In this document: in pieces, positions 22,471 through 36,791 of the stretch
How positions within the stretch are numbered: the first letter of the stretch is position 1
Layout of the letters: each line of letters opens with the position of its first letter
From: Octopus bimaculoides
Lineage: Eukaryota
Length of the DNA: 64,000 bases
Assembly: GCF_001194135.2 (NCBI RefSeq)
Contig: NC_068986.1
Span: 57,294,269-57,358,268 of the forward strand
Direction: 5' to 3'
The notes under the pieces: model-generated
Database searches by the model: none
What the model was told of the DNA's origin: nothing
The model's input: the letters and a program-made list of their open reading frames with translations, nothing else
Translations under genes and position numbers: made by a program

Positions 22471-25112
22471 CATAATATAGAACACTACTAACCTTACCAG
22501 TAATACCACTAATTCCCATATATTCCATACACCATTCATATTACGGTATTACATCTACCCTAATTGCACCACTCCTAGAACTACTTACCTGCCTTGCATA
22601 TAATCTTTTTACCCAGGGACTAGTAGACCCGACACCGTTTGGTAATCGGTGCGCATTCAAAGTCAGTGAATAGCAATTGACGAAATCGGTATAACTTTGA
22701 ATCCCTTTAACAATTCAAAATAATGACTTTTATTCCTCTTAATTCTACCTCAGTTCATCTAATTGTATATATTTATCGTTACTTTTCATAAAAATGCCTT
22801 TATTTTTTAATATCCAATGTGCATTTTCGCTTTTTTCTTCTTACTTTCCCCATATATCTACCACGTATAGTTTATTCTTCTCTTTGAAACCTATTTCTAT
22901 CATATATATATATACATATATATATATATGAGTGGGCCAAAATAAGTTCAATACACTCTGAAATTGTGAAAGACATGCTTCAATTTTTCTAAAATCGAAT
23001 AAAATAAATAANNNNNNNNNNNNNNNNNNNNNNNNNNNNNNNNNNNNNNNNNNNNNNNNNNNNNNNNNNNNNNNNNNNNNNNNNNNNNNNNNNNNNNNNN
23101 NNNNNNNNNNNNNNNNNNNNNNNNNNNNNNNNNNNNNNNNNNNNNNNNNNNNNNNNNNNNNNNNNNNNNNNNNNNNNNNNNNNNNNNNNNNNNNNNNNNN
23201 NNNNNNNNNNNNNNNNNNNNNNNNNNNNNNNNNNNNNNNNNNNNNNNNNNNNNNNNNNNNNNNNNNNNNNNNNNNNNNNNNNNNNNNNNNNNNNNNNNNN
23301 NNNNNNNNNNNNNNNNNNNNNNNNNNNNNNNNNNNNNNNNNNNNNNNNNNNNNNNNNNNNNNNNNNNNNNNNNNNNNNNNNATATATATATATATATATA
23401 TATATACCCGTACACGCAAACACATGCATGTATATAAATGTTCCATCACACGTATACACATATACTTACTAATGTTACATTGATGTTTTCACAAGAATAA
23501 CCAACACCACGTCTTTTCGTCATCTCCTTTTCTGTATTTTGTTTTTATTCGTAGCTTTTACCTTTTTTTACTCGAATGACTGCCCAAGAGTGTAGTTATG
23601 TTAAACTTACATCTATGTTAACAAGGTATTATTTTGTTCTAAATCAGAAATCTGTTTCATCTGTCAACAACTCTTATTTTCCACATGATATCATAGGTCA
23701 AATATTTGTGGGAAAATAAGGTATAAGTTTCCTTGCCAGATTTCATAAGAGATATGCTAATGATCTACGTGACACGACAGTAAACAAACAAACAAATAAA
23801 AGAAACGATCAGTGTGATGATTTCAATACAGCTTGCAAACGTTTACACATTTACTCATTCGAACTACTTTCGCCATGTTATTATTTGCGCTCTCAGTTTC
23901 GCAATGGCCGAATGGCCATGGATAGAACGCATCAACCGTTTCATTTCATGCGTTGCCATCTTATATCGCGTTACTTGTAGAAAGTTCTTCGGTGTTTTAC
24001 ATACACTGCCTTAGTATTGCATGTTCATTTCATGAAAATGCAATGCGTACATGAAATGAACGAATACAAATCTTTATTCTAGATAACACAAGAAGGATAA
24101 GTCAAAATGTTATTAAGAATATTCGAGGTTGGAAACCGAAAAAGAGAGAAAAAAAGTAGAGAAGGAACAAATACACTTGTGTTATTGGCATTGTATTCTT
24201 TTAAATGAAATGCATAATTAGGAGATGATCTTTGTTTCGTAGTTAGCTTCAAAGAAATATGACAAAGCTTAAAACGATATTAAAACAGCCAATCCAAGCC
24301 ATGCAGTTTAATAGGCTCGTCTCATTTTTTTTTATGGCTTAGTCAAAGGAGGAAGGGCAACATACATGACCTTTGCAAGGCCTCCGAGACCGGGGAGAGG
24401 GAAAGGGCGGAAGAAATTACGATTCATAGCAACTCATAACTTGCTGCAGTAGGAAGCAACGTTTTAGAATATCGAGATATCGAATTAGCTTTTCAGCGGG
24501 AATATGATCCGTCTCCGAGTAAAAATGTCTCTGGTTAAAACAGCCAAGGGACAAATGATTTTAAGCTGGGTTACAGGTCTGGTGTGCCCCATTCAATTCA
24601 ATATGTGCCTATCTCAAATATTTTCCTCTTGTTTCGAATTTATCATGAAAGAGCTGCTTCGTCAACTTTAGTGGGATTTAAATTACTGGAGTTGTGTCAC
24701 AGTAATATAATTAGAATAGAGTGAAAAGTTATCTGCAGTTAATACGCGGTGGGTGTTTTGTCAGAATCAGAAAAACGTCAGACAGTACACATTACGGCAG
24801 TTAATCCGGTGTCAGTAAACTAAGGAACGGGTCAAGAACTGGTGTCGTTATATTTTACTGTATTCTGTCTTTCAATATTGTGGTTTCTATAAGAAATTTG
24901 AAATTATTAATTTGAAATAATTTCTAAGGATAAGAAACTAATTATTTGTATTCATACTTATTGTGCATGATTTAGTGGTATTTCAATCCATGTTCATGAG
25001 ATTAGAGACTAATTTGAGTCGCTTCACTATCTTCAGCCTCGTTATATCTGTGATTGGTGTACACTATTTATAACCACTTATACACAGAACTTGTTTCTTT
25101 GTAAAATCCGAG

Positions 25113-25146
<34 letters not shown>

Positions 25147-25149
25147 GCG

Positions 25150-25252
<103 letters not shown>

Positions 25253-26628
25253 CATAACGCAGTTTTGTCAAAAGCATATATTATGAACTATGAAGTTAAA
25301 AAATATACTTTTAAAAACGATTTTCGCTTTTATTTATACTAATTTTATCATGGATTTTGCACGCAATTGAATTAAACACTTAGTTTAGATTTCTGATTTC
25401 AGGTATTTCAGTTCGCATACAGTGTTCTTAATTTGTGAGTTGCATAAAATCAACGTAATTTTCCTAATTCTATAAAACTAATGCGTTGAAAATGATCGTG
25501 TTCACTTTGTATAATTTTTATCGTCAGGATGCGTAAGACTAAATTTTGTAAGTGGAAGGTATATACAGTTAATTGAGTAAACACAAGTACCGTAAAATTC
25601 CATGTTTAATATACTACAGTTTATATCACACATCTCAGTTTCGATTGTCGAGATTGTCTAAAAGAATCTATGCCATGTATAATAAACAGGTTCTGGCAAA
25701 ATTGCTATAAGAGCTGACAATCCACTATAATGAGATATATTAGTTTTATACATATGAAAAAAATCTAAATAGTAAAATTTCATAACATAAATGTTATATT
25801 TCTAATAAAAGGTGAAATCCATGCATAATACGCGAGTATGCATTGAACATAGATTTTATTAAGCCATCAGATGTAAGGCCAAACCTGAATGAACATAAGG
25901 TAGTCTGACAATTTTTCTTTTCTGTCACTTTCGCTCGCTGCCTACATTTCCAGGTTTTTTGAGAATCAAAAGAACAGAATTTTGACACTCTTTTACGCTA
26001 ACTATATATAATTAGTTCTATATAGATTTTTTCTATGTATCAAAGATGTTTAAATAAATAATGTTTGCTACAAAAACAAATAAAGGCAGCTAGAGGGAAA
26101 AGCAAGCAAAATGTCGAAAGAAAAGTAAGAGTAGAAAGTGAAGTTTTACAGTTCACTACTTACTTTATTCAAGTATTTAGAATATGTTTATATACTTTCT
26201 CTTAAATGCCATAAAAATATCACAGTGTGTCAGGAGTTCTGGCCTCATACCACTTTCTTATATTTGATTTAGAAGGTAAGACCTTTGAAGAAACATATTG
26301 GTTTAGATATCTTGCCGAAAGCGAGACCGTATTATAATATTGTATCATAACAGTAAACATCAGCATCTCTTCTCTTCCTTACCTGAAGCATCGAACAAAA
26401 ATTGAACTTCACCTTCCTACCTACCTACCTACCTACCTACATACATACATACATACATATATACATACATACATATATACATACGTACGTATATACATAC
26501 ATACGTGGATGCATACATATATTCATAAATACTGTCATAGGTACATAAATTCACACATACTTACATATACACACACACACGCACACACACACACACACAC
26601 ATATATATAAGGCTGTATAGAAGAATGT

Positions 26629-26664
<36 letters not shown>

Positions 26665-27164
26665 TTTATGGCAATAGTTTCTGCTACGAGCAACGCTTTT
26701 CCTCGTAAAATCGACCAGTCTAAGAATATATTTCTATTTTTTTTACCGTTCTTTTACAGTTGTGTAACCCTTGAATAAAGTATTTACAGAAAATATTACA
26801 AAAACTATACGAAACAGTCATAGCATTTAATGCTTGACTACACCTATTATAACTACTGACAAATTTCTCGTCATTTATACACATTTCAACGATATACTTG
26901 ACCAACTCCAACAATCGAGATATTAAATCAAGACGCTTAGTAGGAATATGATAATCAAACTAAAACATACTATAAACATATGGCTTACATAGTGAGGGAA
27001 AGTTAATTTTATTTCCAGGTAATTTCCTAGTTTAAATGTTTGGCTCAATTATCTAAATGACATAAGATTTTCCAGTGTTCTGCAGATCGACGGCATTATT
27101 CGTAGGCGAGGAGAAACAGTAATTTAATGTTTGAGTATCCCCCCCCCCACCAAATTTTTTAATT

Positions 27165-27479
27165 GTTTCAGATACTAAACTTCTTTGTAAGCCTAGTACT
27201 TATTCTATCGGTCTCTTTCACCGAACCGCTAAGTTACGGGGACGTAAACACACTAGCACCGGTTGTCAAGCGCTGTGGTGAGACAAACACAAAGTCACAC
27301 ACACACTCACACACTCACACACACATACAACGGGGATTCTTCTTGTTTCCGTCTGCCACATACACTCACAAGGCTTTGGTCGGCCCGAGACTATAGCAGA
27401 AGACACTTGGCCAAAGTACCACGCAGTGAGCCTGAACCATGTGGTTGGGAAGCAAGCTTCTTACCGCTCAGCTACGCCT
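27165..27479 (-). mobile_element. tRNA-derived SINE (GTGGCTGTGTGGTAAG family)
   Basis: Reverse-complement homologue of 61446-61797 (GTAAGCCTAGTACTTATTCTATCGGTC, CCGAACCGCTAAGTTACGGGGACGTAAAC, CAAGGCTTTGGTCGGCCCGAG). Confidence 0.88.
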
Positions 27480-28533
27480 ATATATAAATATTTGTAGAAA
27501 AAGAAAAAGGACGTTTAATTCTTCTAAGTGAAATTGTTAAACATAGCTCTAAACAAGAGGCGAGGAACTGAAAACGACTTCAAAATAATAATAATCTTAC
27601 ATTAACGGCAGTAGTAATAATAAAAGCATTCTGTGACCCTTAATCTGTGACACTAGATTTTGATTTTTCTTGGAGCTATTATTTCAGTTAATTTACACTA
27701 CGTGTACGTCAGTTCATCAGATTTTTCGGTAGTTGTATGCAAGAACGTGTGACTAGAAGTCCACTTCGCATTCATGTGTTTCCGGGTTCGTATGGTTAGT
27801 AGCACAATCTAAATTATGCATTTCTTTAATGTATACCATTTCGCTTAAAAACTCGTTGATTCTACTAACCAATTTTGGACTTAATTTCCAAAATCTTAAA
27901 AAAAAACTAATGGTACCAACTAGGCTCTTACCCCACGTAAACAAATGATATATGTGTGGACATACACAAACACAGACACATACATATACAATGGAATTGT
28001 GGACAGTACTCTCCGACTAAATTCCTCGCTTAAAATTAACGGGCGCGGACGCGTGTGTGTATTAAAAGCTTAGATCTTATAACCGATCACCGGGTATTGT
28101 TGAAAAAAATTACGAAGCAAAAAATTTAGGGTGGTCACAAATATATTTTGTGAGATTGAAAACATCAATTATACTTTAGTATAAAACGCAGCGGAGAGAA
28201 GTAACGATGAACTGGTTCCAAATTTTGATCTATTTGGTACAGTTCCAGTTTTGCTTTGATTCCATTAAGACGTGTGTAATGGTGTGCATTCACTTATTTT
28301 TCATTTTAGATAGCATTGCAGAATTTCAAAATATTCTAGTTCTTCAATATTTTGAAAGTATGTAAATGCAGAAAGCTGATTTTAGGTACAAAAAGTCAAC
28401 TTTTTTGCTGCAACTTACAGACGTAAAATGGCTTGAGATGCAAGTGTAATTACAAATGATATCGTCATTTTCATTAAACTTCAATAGAAGACCACAGTCA
28501 TTTAACATACATTTATCTATGCANNNNNNNNNN

Positions 28534-28567
<34 letters not shown>

Positions 28568-28684
28568 CAGGGTACATGGGGTCAACACATACTTTAAGAA
28601 ATTATTAATTCGTATATTTAATTGTTTATGTCATGATTTTATTTACTTATTTACTCCGTGTACCCAGACTTTGTGGACACCCTG
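28568..28684. mobile_element. Tc1/mariner-derived MITE (117 bp)
   Basis: TA|CAGGGT...ACCCTG|TA ends; right TIR reverse complement is CAGGGTGTCCACAAAGTCTGGGTACACGG, left is CAGGGTACATGG. Confidence 0.65.
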
Positions 28685-28695
28685 TATATATATAT

Positions 28696-28732
<37 letters not shown>

Positions 28733-28882
28733 ACATAGTGTAAACAAAATACGTGTGCGTATGCGTGTGTTCATATGTATATATATACATATATGTATAT
28801 GTAAATATATGCCTATATTTACATACACATTCATACACATATATCCGCGTTTGCAGCGAGAAACACGCATAATGATATACAG

Positions 28883-28916
<34 letters not shown>

Positions 28917-28968
28917 CCTATCCCTCCCATCTCTCAATATATACATATATATACACACATGTACAAAC

Positions 28969-29027
<59 letters not shown>

Positions 29028-29627
29028 NNNNNNNNNNNNNNNNNNNNNNNNNNNNNNNNNNNNNNNNNNNNNNNNNNNNNNNNNNNNNNNNNNNNNNNNN
29101 NNNNNNNNNNNNNNNNNNNNNNNNNNNNNNNNNNNNNNNNNNNNNNNNNNNNNNNNNNNNNNNNNNNNNNNNNNNNNNNNNNNNNNNNNNNNNNNNNNNN
29201 NNNNNNNNNNNNNNNNNNNNNNNNNNNNNNNNNNNNNNNNNNNNNNNNNNNNNNNNNNNNNNNNNNNNNNNNNNNNNNNNNNNNNNNNNNNNNNNNNNNN
29301 NNNNNNNNNNNNNNNNNNNNNNNNNNNNNNNNNNNNNNNNNNNNNNNNNNNNNNNNNNNNNNNNNNNNNNNNNNNNNNNNNNNNNNNNNNNNNNNNNNNN
29401 NNNNNNNNNNNNNNNNNNNNNNNNNNNNNNNNNNNNNNNNNNNNNNNNNNNNNNNNNNNNNNNNNNNNNNNNNNNNNNNNNNNNNNNNNNNNNNNNNNNN
29501 NNNNNNNNNNNNNNNNNNNNNNNNNNNNNNNNNNNNNNNNNNNNNNNNNNNNNNNNNNNNNNNNNNNNNNNNNNNNNNNNNNNNNNNNNNNNNNNNNNNN
29601 NNNNNNNNNNNNNNNNNNNNNNNNNNN

Positions 29628-29662
<35 letters not shown>

Positions 29663-29734
29663 CATGCATGCATACATACATACATACATACATACATACA
29701 TACATACATACATACATACATACATACATACATA

Positions 29735-30950
29735 GCAAGTCATTAAGAATGAAGTGTTTGATTTTGAACTGAAAATTTATTTTACTTTATCTCAACAAAA
29801 ATATGTACATAAATTATGAACACGATTTTATCAGTAGCTGATTTATGCCGGCAACGAAAAATTCTGGAGGGCAAGAAGTGATGAAATCACGAAAGGCTGT
29901 TTTTGCATCTATTTCAAATTTGGAGTTTTTTCCTTGCAAAAAGTTGTTTAATAACTGGAAAATGTGATAGCCAGTTGGTGCAAGGTCTGGTGAATATGAT
30001 GGATGACAGAGTACTTCGAAGTTCAGTTCCTGTAACTTCAGTAGTGTTGTTTGTGTAACTTGTGGTCGAGCATTGTCATGCAAGAGAATTGGCCTATCAC
30101 TATTGACCAATCTCGGTTGTTTAATTGTAAATTCACTCATCATTTCATCCAATTCCTTGATGTATACATGCGCTGTAATTGACTTATCATGAAGCAGTAG
30201 TGGGTGACACCTGCGCTGGACCACCAAACAATACTATTAGCTTTTTTTGGTAAATAGTCTATTTAGGATTTTGTTTTGGCACTTCGTCTCTGTCCAACCA
30301 CCGTGAAGAACTCTTACTATTGTTGAAAAGAATCCATTTTTCATCACACGTAGCAATACGATGCAGAAATACTTCGCTTTTATGCCGTGACAGCAAAGAA
30401 CAGCAAGTTGCAAGACGAACTTGTCATTTGATGCTTGTTCACTTCGTCTGATACCCACTTGTCAAGCTTCATTACCCTGTCGATTTGTTTCAGATGGTCC
30501 AATACAGTTGGAATCGAAACATCAAACATTGATGCTAACTCACGCGTAGTTTGAGATGTATCCACTTCCACTACAGTTTCCAGCTCATCATTATCCACCT
30601 TGGTTTCAGATCTACCACCGAGCTGATTTTCAAGTGTAAAGTCACCAGACCAGAACTTCTCAAACCGTCGACGTACACCTCATTGATGTTTCTAGCTGTC
30701 TGGGATACATTGGTTCCACGACGGAACTCATACTCATAAACAACACGAATTTTTTATCTATCCATGGGCCCATAAAATTAATTTACAAGAGAAAACTCAC
30801 AATATAATCAGACACCATGAATTGCATTTCGATAAGTGATCAGGTAACTCGTCAGCGTTGTAAAACAAATTGTCAGGATAAAACATTAGAGTTAACAACT
30901 GTCAAACTTGGTGCGTAAGAAAATCGAACATTTCGTTCTTAATGACCTGA
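29735..30950 (-). mobile_element. Mariner (DD34D) transposon, near full length (1216 bp), pseudogenised
   Basis: About 30-bp TIRs GCAAGTCATTAAGAATGAAGTGTTTGATTTT / AAAATCGAACATTTCGTTCTTAATGACCTGA, TA on both sides. DNDELETVVEVDTSQTTRELA...KLDKWV; HDNARPQ...HPSYSPDLAPT. Confidence 0.93.
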
Positions 30951-31149
30951 TATATACATACATACATTGGTTGGATAGTTCAGTCAGCGCCTGACGAACG
31001 TACTTACGTAAATGAAATTATTAGTAGCGCATATAATGCATGTTGTGTGAAGCATTTATAGTAATATTAGACTTTCATTAGATGGAGTACTCCTTTTATT
31101 GATTTTTACACAAATGAACTTCGTATATATATATATATATATATATAAA

Positions 31150-31965
31150 CGTCCTGTACCCATATATGCATGTATATAAACATGTATATATAGGCATGTA
31201 GATATATGTATGTATATATGCATATATTTATATATTATTTATATTATTATATGATCGAACGCCACGCATCCATTTCCAAGTAAGTTGTATCTTAATAATT
31301 CCGATGCACACTTTACATCCTATCTCTATTCTATCAATCTCCCTCTCTTGTTCTTCTTCTTTTCACCCTTTCGTTATTCTTCTCCTCTCCCCTTCACCGT
31401 TCACCCTCTCTCTCTCACTCTTCCTCCTTGACTTTCTCGTTGCTCACACGTGACCAACCGCTATCTATCTTTCTTCCTTCCACTTCCTTCCTAAAGACAA
31501 GACGTGCTTTTGCGTGTCTCTTCTCAAAGCTCGTTTTTTCAGCGTTCACCACTTCACATCGTCATGGCTTAACAGCCCTAACTTCTTTTTTTGTTACTGG
31601 TTTGTTCTTACTGTCCTGTTTTTTTTTACCACTTTAACCTTCCGCAGAAAATCCCAAATTTCATTTAATTTCTTTTGCGGGAAGGACTGTTTTAACGAGG
31701 TCGCATCTTGTCCCTATCTTTGACACGCGGAGTAGATAAAACTGGAGCAACTGATGAATATTCTTTATGTTGCCTGTCTCGTTTCTCTATTTGTTTCTTT
31801 CGTTGTTCGAAAAAAGTTCGTTTTCTATGTTTTTGTTTTTTATGTCATTTTGTTCATGTCTTTTTGACGTCCTGTACCTATATATGCATGTATATATATA
31901 CATATATATATGTAGGTATGTACATATATGCATATATTTGTATATTATTTATATTATTAGATACA
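31150..31965. mobile_element. Interspersed repeat copy 2, preceded by a duplicate of its own tail (partial tandem)
   Basis: 31259-31965 is homologous to 394-1093. CGTCCTGTACC..ATATGCATG occurs at both 31150 and 31868. Confidence 0.8.
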
Positions 31966-32149
31966 TACATACATAGACAGACAATCATACAGACAGACGC
32001 ACAGACAGACAGACAGACAGTTATATATATGCGAGTAAAAATAAATACAAAAAAGGGGTTTTGTATGATTGTGTATAGAGGAATATATTATTTTGTTTAA
32101 AAGAGTTCCAACACTGTTTTTTATGTTTTATTTATATTCCTGGAAGTGA

Positions 32150-32830
32150 ACGGATGCTGCATTCATCTCCATCCCCGCACGGTGACTGTTGATAGAATGA
32201 GAGAATCAATGATGAGTCCACCCTACTTGAATGGCTATTTCTACGGAATTGAAGTCCAGAACAGTTTGCACAACTCCACAACGACAGCACTAAATTCATT
32301 TTCAAGAATAGCCCACGGTTTCAAATCAGGATTCCTCCCCTGTTTTCTCCCGCTACCATTCTTTCTCCTTACCCCTCGATGGTCAGATGTGTCCAGCTTT
32401 ACTTCCTTTCTTCCTTGGCTATCGCAAAGCACGTACGCGAACTATTCTTCGTCCCTCTACATTCCAGTTCGTTGCTTCACAGAGTTTAATATACACATAT
32501 TTTTCCAGATCTGGCCGTAGAGCCTTTTATGTTTATTCTACTATTTCGTTTTCCTGTCTTCTTTTCTGTCCGTCACTACATTCCTCCAGGGTACAAGTTT
32601 AATTTGTGGTCTGTGGGAAGAGCCATTTTAACGATGCGTCCTGCGCTAACTCTTCGAAACGCCAGTGTTGAATGGTGGCAGCTGATGAAGGAAATGTTCT
32701 CTATGTGGCCTGTGTGTGTTTTTGTACTTGTTTATCGTTTTGTCTACGCTTTGTTTGCAATGTCCTGTACCCAGATATGCATCTATATATACAGGTTGAT
32801 GTAAGGATGTACATACATGTACGTATATAT
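32150..32830. mobile_element. Related repeat subfamily sharing the right-hand module
   Basis: TTTTAACGATGCGTC...GCAGCTGATGAAGG...ATGTGGCCTGT...TGTCCTGTACCCAGATATGCAT parallels copies 1 and 2; the left part differs. Confidence 0.6.
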
Positions 32831-32938
32831 GCATATACTGCATATATATATATGAAGAGAGAGAGAGAGAGAGATATAGATAGATATAGATATACACATA
32901 CATACATACATACATACATACATACATACATACATACA

Positions 32939-32974
<36 letters not shown>

Positions 32975-33295
32975 TATANNNNNNNNNNNNNNNNNNNNNN
33001 NNNNNNNNNNNNNNNNNNNNNNNNNNNNNNNNNNNNNNNNNNNNNNNNNNNNNNNNNNNNNNNNNNNNNNNNNNNNNNNNNNNNNNNNNNNNNNNNNNNN
33101 NNNNNNNNNNNNNNNNNNNNNNNNNNNNNNNNNNNNNNNNNNNNNNNNNNNNNNNNNNNNNNNNNNNNNNNNNNNNNNNNNNNNNNNNNNNNNNNNNNNN
33201 NNNNNNNNNNNNNNNNNNNNNNNNNNNNNNNNNNNNNNNNNNNNNNNNNNACATCAGGAATCTTACAATACAAATTCATTAACGTATATATATGT

Positions 33296-33327
<32 letters not shown>

Positions 33328-36300
33328 ACACACATACACACACACACACATACACACACACATATATCTTTACATTTATGTATGTTCGTATGTCTCTATG
33401 TATGACTGTAGCTGCCTGGGAATGAAAAGGTACAATACAATGTATTACTCAAAATTATTTTTGCATTCTGCCAACTTATTGACGCATTACAGAAGATTCA
33501 GCTAAGAGGTATCTTAATTTCTGAAATACCGCAGCTTTGCACCTCTCAAATCACACACTACCATCATCAAAGAGAAATGTACTCCATAATGGAGGTACTC
33601 CTAAAAGGATTTTCTTTTTATAGGCTACATCATGATAAAGAGGTAATAGTCATGGCCTTCTCTGGCCCTCCGACATGGTGAGATTAATGTTGCTTATGTA
33701 TACCATAAAATATTGTAAGTTGGCAACTGCAGGAAGGTGGAAGTTTCAGATGGACGGTATTCTAGAATGTAAGATATCAGTTATCCTGTTCTACAACTTC
33801 AACCACTTAGTACTGCGTATAGTGATTTCTGTAAAGCCTGGAGGGCTGGGCACAACATATGTGATAGAAGTGTATGAAGAGTGCTTGAGTAGACTTTGCA
33901 AGAGACAAACTAAATCCGAAGATCAAAAACGCTTAGAAGGAGGAGATAGAACTATGTGGGCCTAAGTTTTGAGTGAATCCATGAGACTTTAAACCAATCA
34001 ACCAATCAGTTGAGTGGCCTATTTTTACTATGCCACATGTACGAACAGTCCTCCATTTAGGCATCATATGGATTGCCTATGCTGGAATGCATATGCTCTT
34101 AATTTTTCTGTAAGAATTGTTCTGGAATTAAAAGAGAATAGCAAAAAACATGAGTGATGAAGAGAGCAATGAATTTGAATTTTATCTCATCTCCAAGATT
34201 CTGTAACCTTGTACGCCAGGCAAAAACATTAAATATATGTAACTATCGTATTCAGTATATATAGATGTTCGTCGATTTCAGATGAAATGAACAACCTGTT
34301 CATTGAATTTAGCATGTAATATTCCACGGACCCGTGCACCTTTAACTTAATTCTCAGTCGGAATCAGTGTGAAACAGTGAGCGATAAAAAAATGTCTGCT
34401 TCTTTGAAATACATGTACAACCAGCTGAGGGACGTCTCCACAGTTTCTGCTTGTGCCAAATTTCACTTGCAAAACGTCGGTCAATCTGACACTTTAGTAC
34501 AAAATACTTGCCTAAGATGTCACTCGGTAGGATCGAAACCAGGACCTCGTAACTGTTTAACTATTCTTAACCATTCAGACTTGTTGCACCGATTCAGTTG
34601 AATATAGAAATAACTCTTTCGCTTTCTTCTATATTTTTATTGAATGGATGATGTAACGTAATGTTGCATTCTAGAAATATTCTACTTTCTGATCCAGTTT
34701 CGATTCCTTAGAATAATATTCTCATGTAATTTTATTCATACATTTGAATTAAAATATCGATAGGAAAATCTATTTCTCGCTTTCCTTTCTATACATTTAA
34801 GATTTAATAGCTATTCAAGTAATCCATATTCAAAATTCTCATTAAGCATAATCAATTGCCTCGCATTTAATTATTGCAGGCGTTAATGAAAATACGGGAT
34901 AATACAGATTTCTTTGAACGAAACTCTACATCTCTTTGTACAAAACACTATATTTCAATATTTCTTCATTTTTCAATATATCCTTTCTGCAATTTTTCCG
35001 TTTTGAAAATCGCACGAATTTTGCTTCAACATTAATATAAAATATATAATATATTCGTTCATCTATCTCCTCCAAAGCCATTAATTCCATCGTTTCTGTG
35101 TTGTACTATATTGACAGTTTTCTTTTGTACTCGAGAGATCTCAAAAAACTTCGCGTATAAAATTTGCTGAAACGATCACAGATTTGGTTATAAAATTTGC
35201 AGCTTTCTCATTAACAATTTGTAAAATTTCCCTCTTCTCCATCTCCTGCGCGCGCGCACACATACGCGCACACACACACGCACATACACACATGCACGCA
35301 CACTTACACAAAACACACACACATGTACGAAACACACGCACGCACACGTACATGCAAACATATATGTACATACATAGTCACAAACGTGTGTATATATATA
35401 TATATATATATATATGCACAAACACATACATGTACGTATGTATTCAGAATACATTTTGTGCCTCTCGTTTGTAAATATTGTAACTTTTCGTTTATTTGAT
35501 ATAGTTTTTAGTTCAGAGAAAGAATAAGCGAAAAACAGTTGATTTTTTTCTTAAAAGAAAATAAATACTATGTAAAAAAAATTACCATAAAGGCATTTTG
35601 AAATAAAAGGGTTGTTGGAATAAAAACAATTTTGCTATAAAAAGTAATTTCATTATCAGCGCTAGAAACGAAATGATCAACTATAGGAGACAAATCAATA
35701 TTTTGCAATAATTTACNNNNNNNNNNNNNNNNNNNNNNNNNNNNNNNNNNNNNNNNNNNNNNNNNNNNNNNNNNNNNNNNNNNNNNNNNNNNNNNNNNNN
35801 NNNNNNNNNNNNNNNNNNNNNNNNNNNNNNNNNNNNNNNNNNNNNNNNNNNNNNNNNNNNNNNNNNNNNNNNNNNNNNNNNNNNNNNNNNNNNNNNNNNN
35901 NNNNNNNNNNNNNNNNNNNNNNNNNNNNNNNNNNNNNNNNNNNNNNNNNNNNNNNNNNNNNNNNNNNNNNNNNNNNNNNNNNNNNNNNNNNNNNNNNNNN
36001 NNNNNNNNNNNNNNNNNNNNNNNNNNNNNNNNNNNNNNNNNNNNNNNNNNNNNNNNNNNNNNNNNNNNNNNNNNNNNNNNNNNNNNNNNNNNNNNNNNNN
36101 NNNNNNNNNNNNNNNNNNNNNNNNNNNNNNNNNNNNNNNNNNNNNNNNNNNNNNNNNNNNNNNNNNNNNNNNNNNNNNNNNNNNNNNNNNNNNNNNNNNN
36201 NNNNNNNNNNNNNNNNNNNNNNNNNNNNNNNNNNNNNNNNNNNNNNNNNNNNNNNNNNNNNNNNNNNNNNNNNNNNNNNNNNNNNNNNNNNNNNNNNNNN

Positions 36301-36685
36301 NNNNNNNNNNNNNNNNNNNNNNNNNNNNNNNNNNNNNNNNNNNNNNNNNNNNNNNNNNNNNNNNNNNNNNNNNNNNNNNNNNNNNNNNNNNNNNNNNNNN
36401 NNNNNNNNNNNNNNNNNNNNNNNNNNNNNNNNNNNNNNNNNNNNNNNNNNNNNNNNNNNNNNNNNNNNNNNNNNNNNNNNNNNNNNNNNNNNNNNNNNNN
36501 NNNNNNNNNNNNNNNNNNNNNNNNNNNNNNNNNNNNNNNNNNNNNNNNNNNNNNNNNNNNNNNNNNNNNNNNNNNNNNNNNNNNNNNNNNNNNNNNNNNN
36601 NNNNNNNNNNNNNNNNNNNNNNNNNNNNNNNNNNNNNNNNNNNNNNNNNNNNNNNNNNNNNNNNNNNNNNNNNNNNNNNNNNNNN

Positions 36686-36733
<48 letters not shown>

Positions 36734-36791
36734 CAAAATAGCTAGTTGCAAAATCTCAAAAAGAGATGAGAGAAGTAACTATACTAACAAG

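Noticed and set aside
33614-33650. 19-nt plus-strand microexon-like signal (TTTTTATAG|...GAG|GTAATA); a similar 20-nt minus signal lies near 57755-57775
   Set aside because: Such short signals are expected by chance in 64 kb of AT-rich DNA, and the two candidates are on opposite strands.
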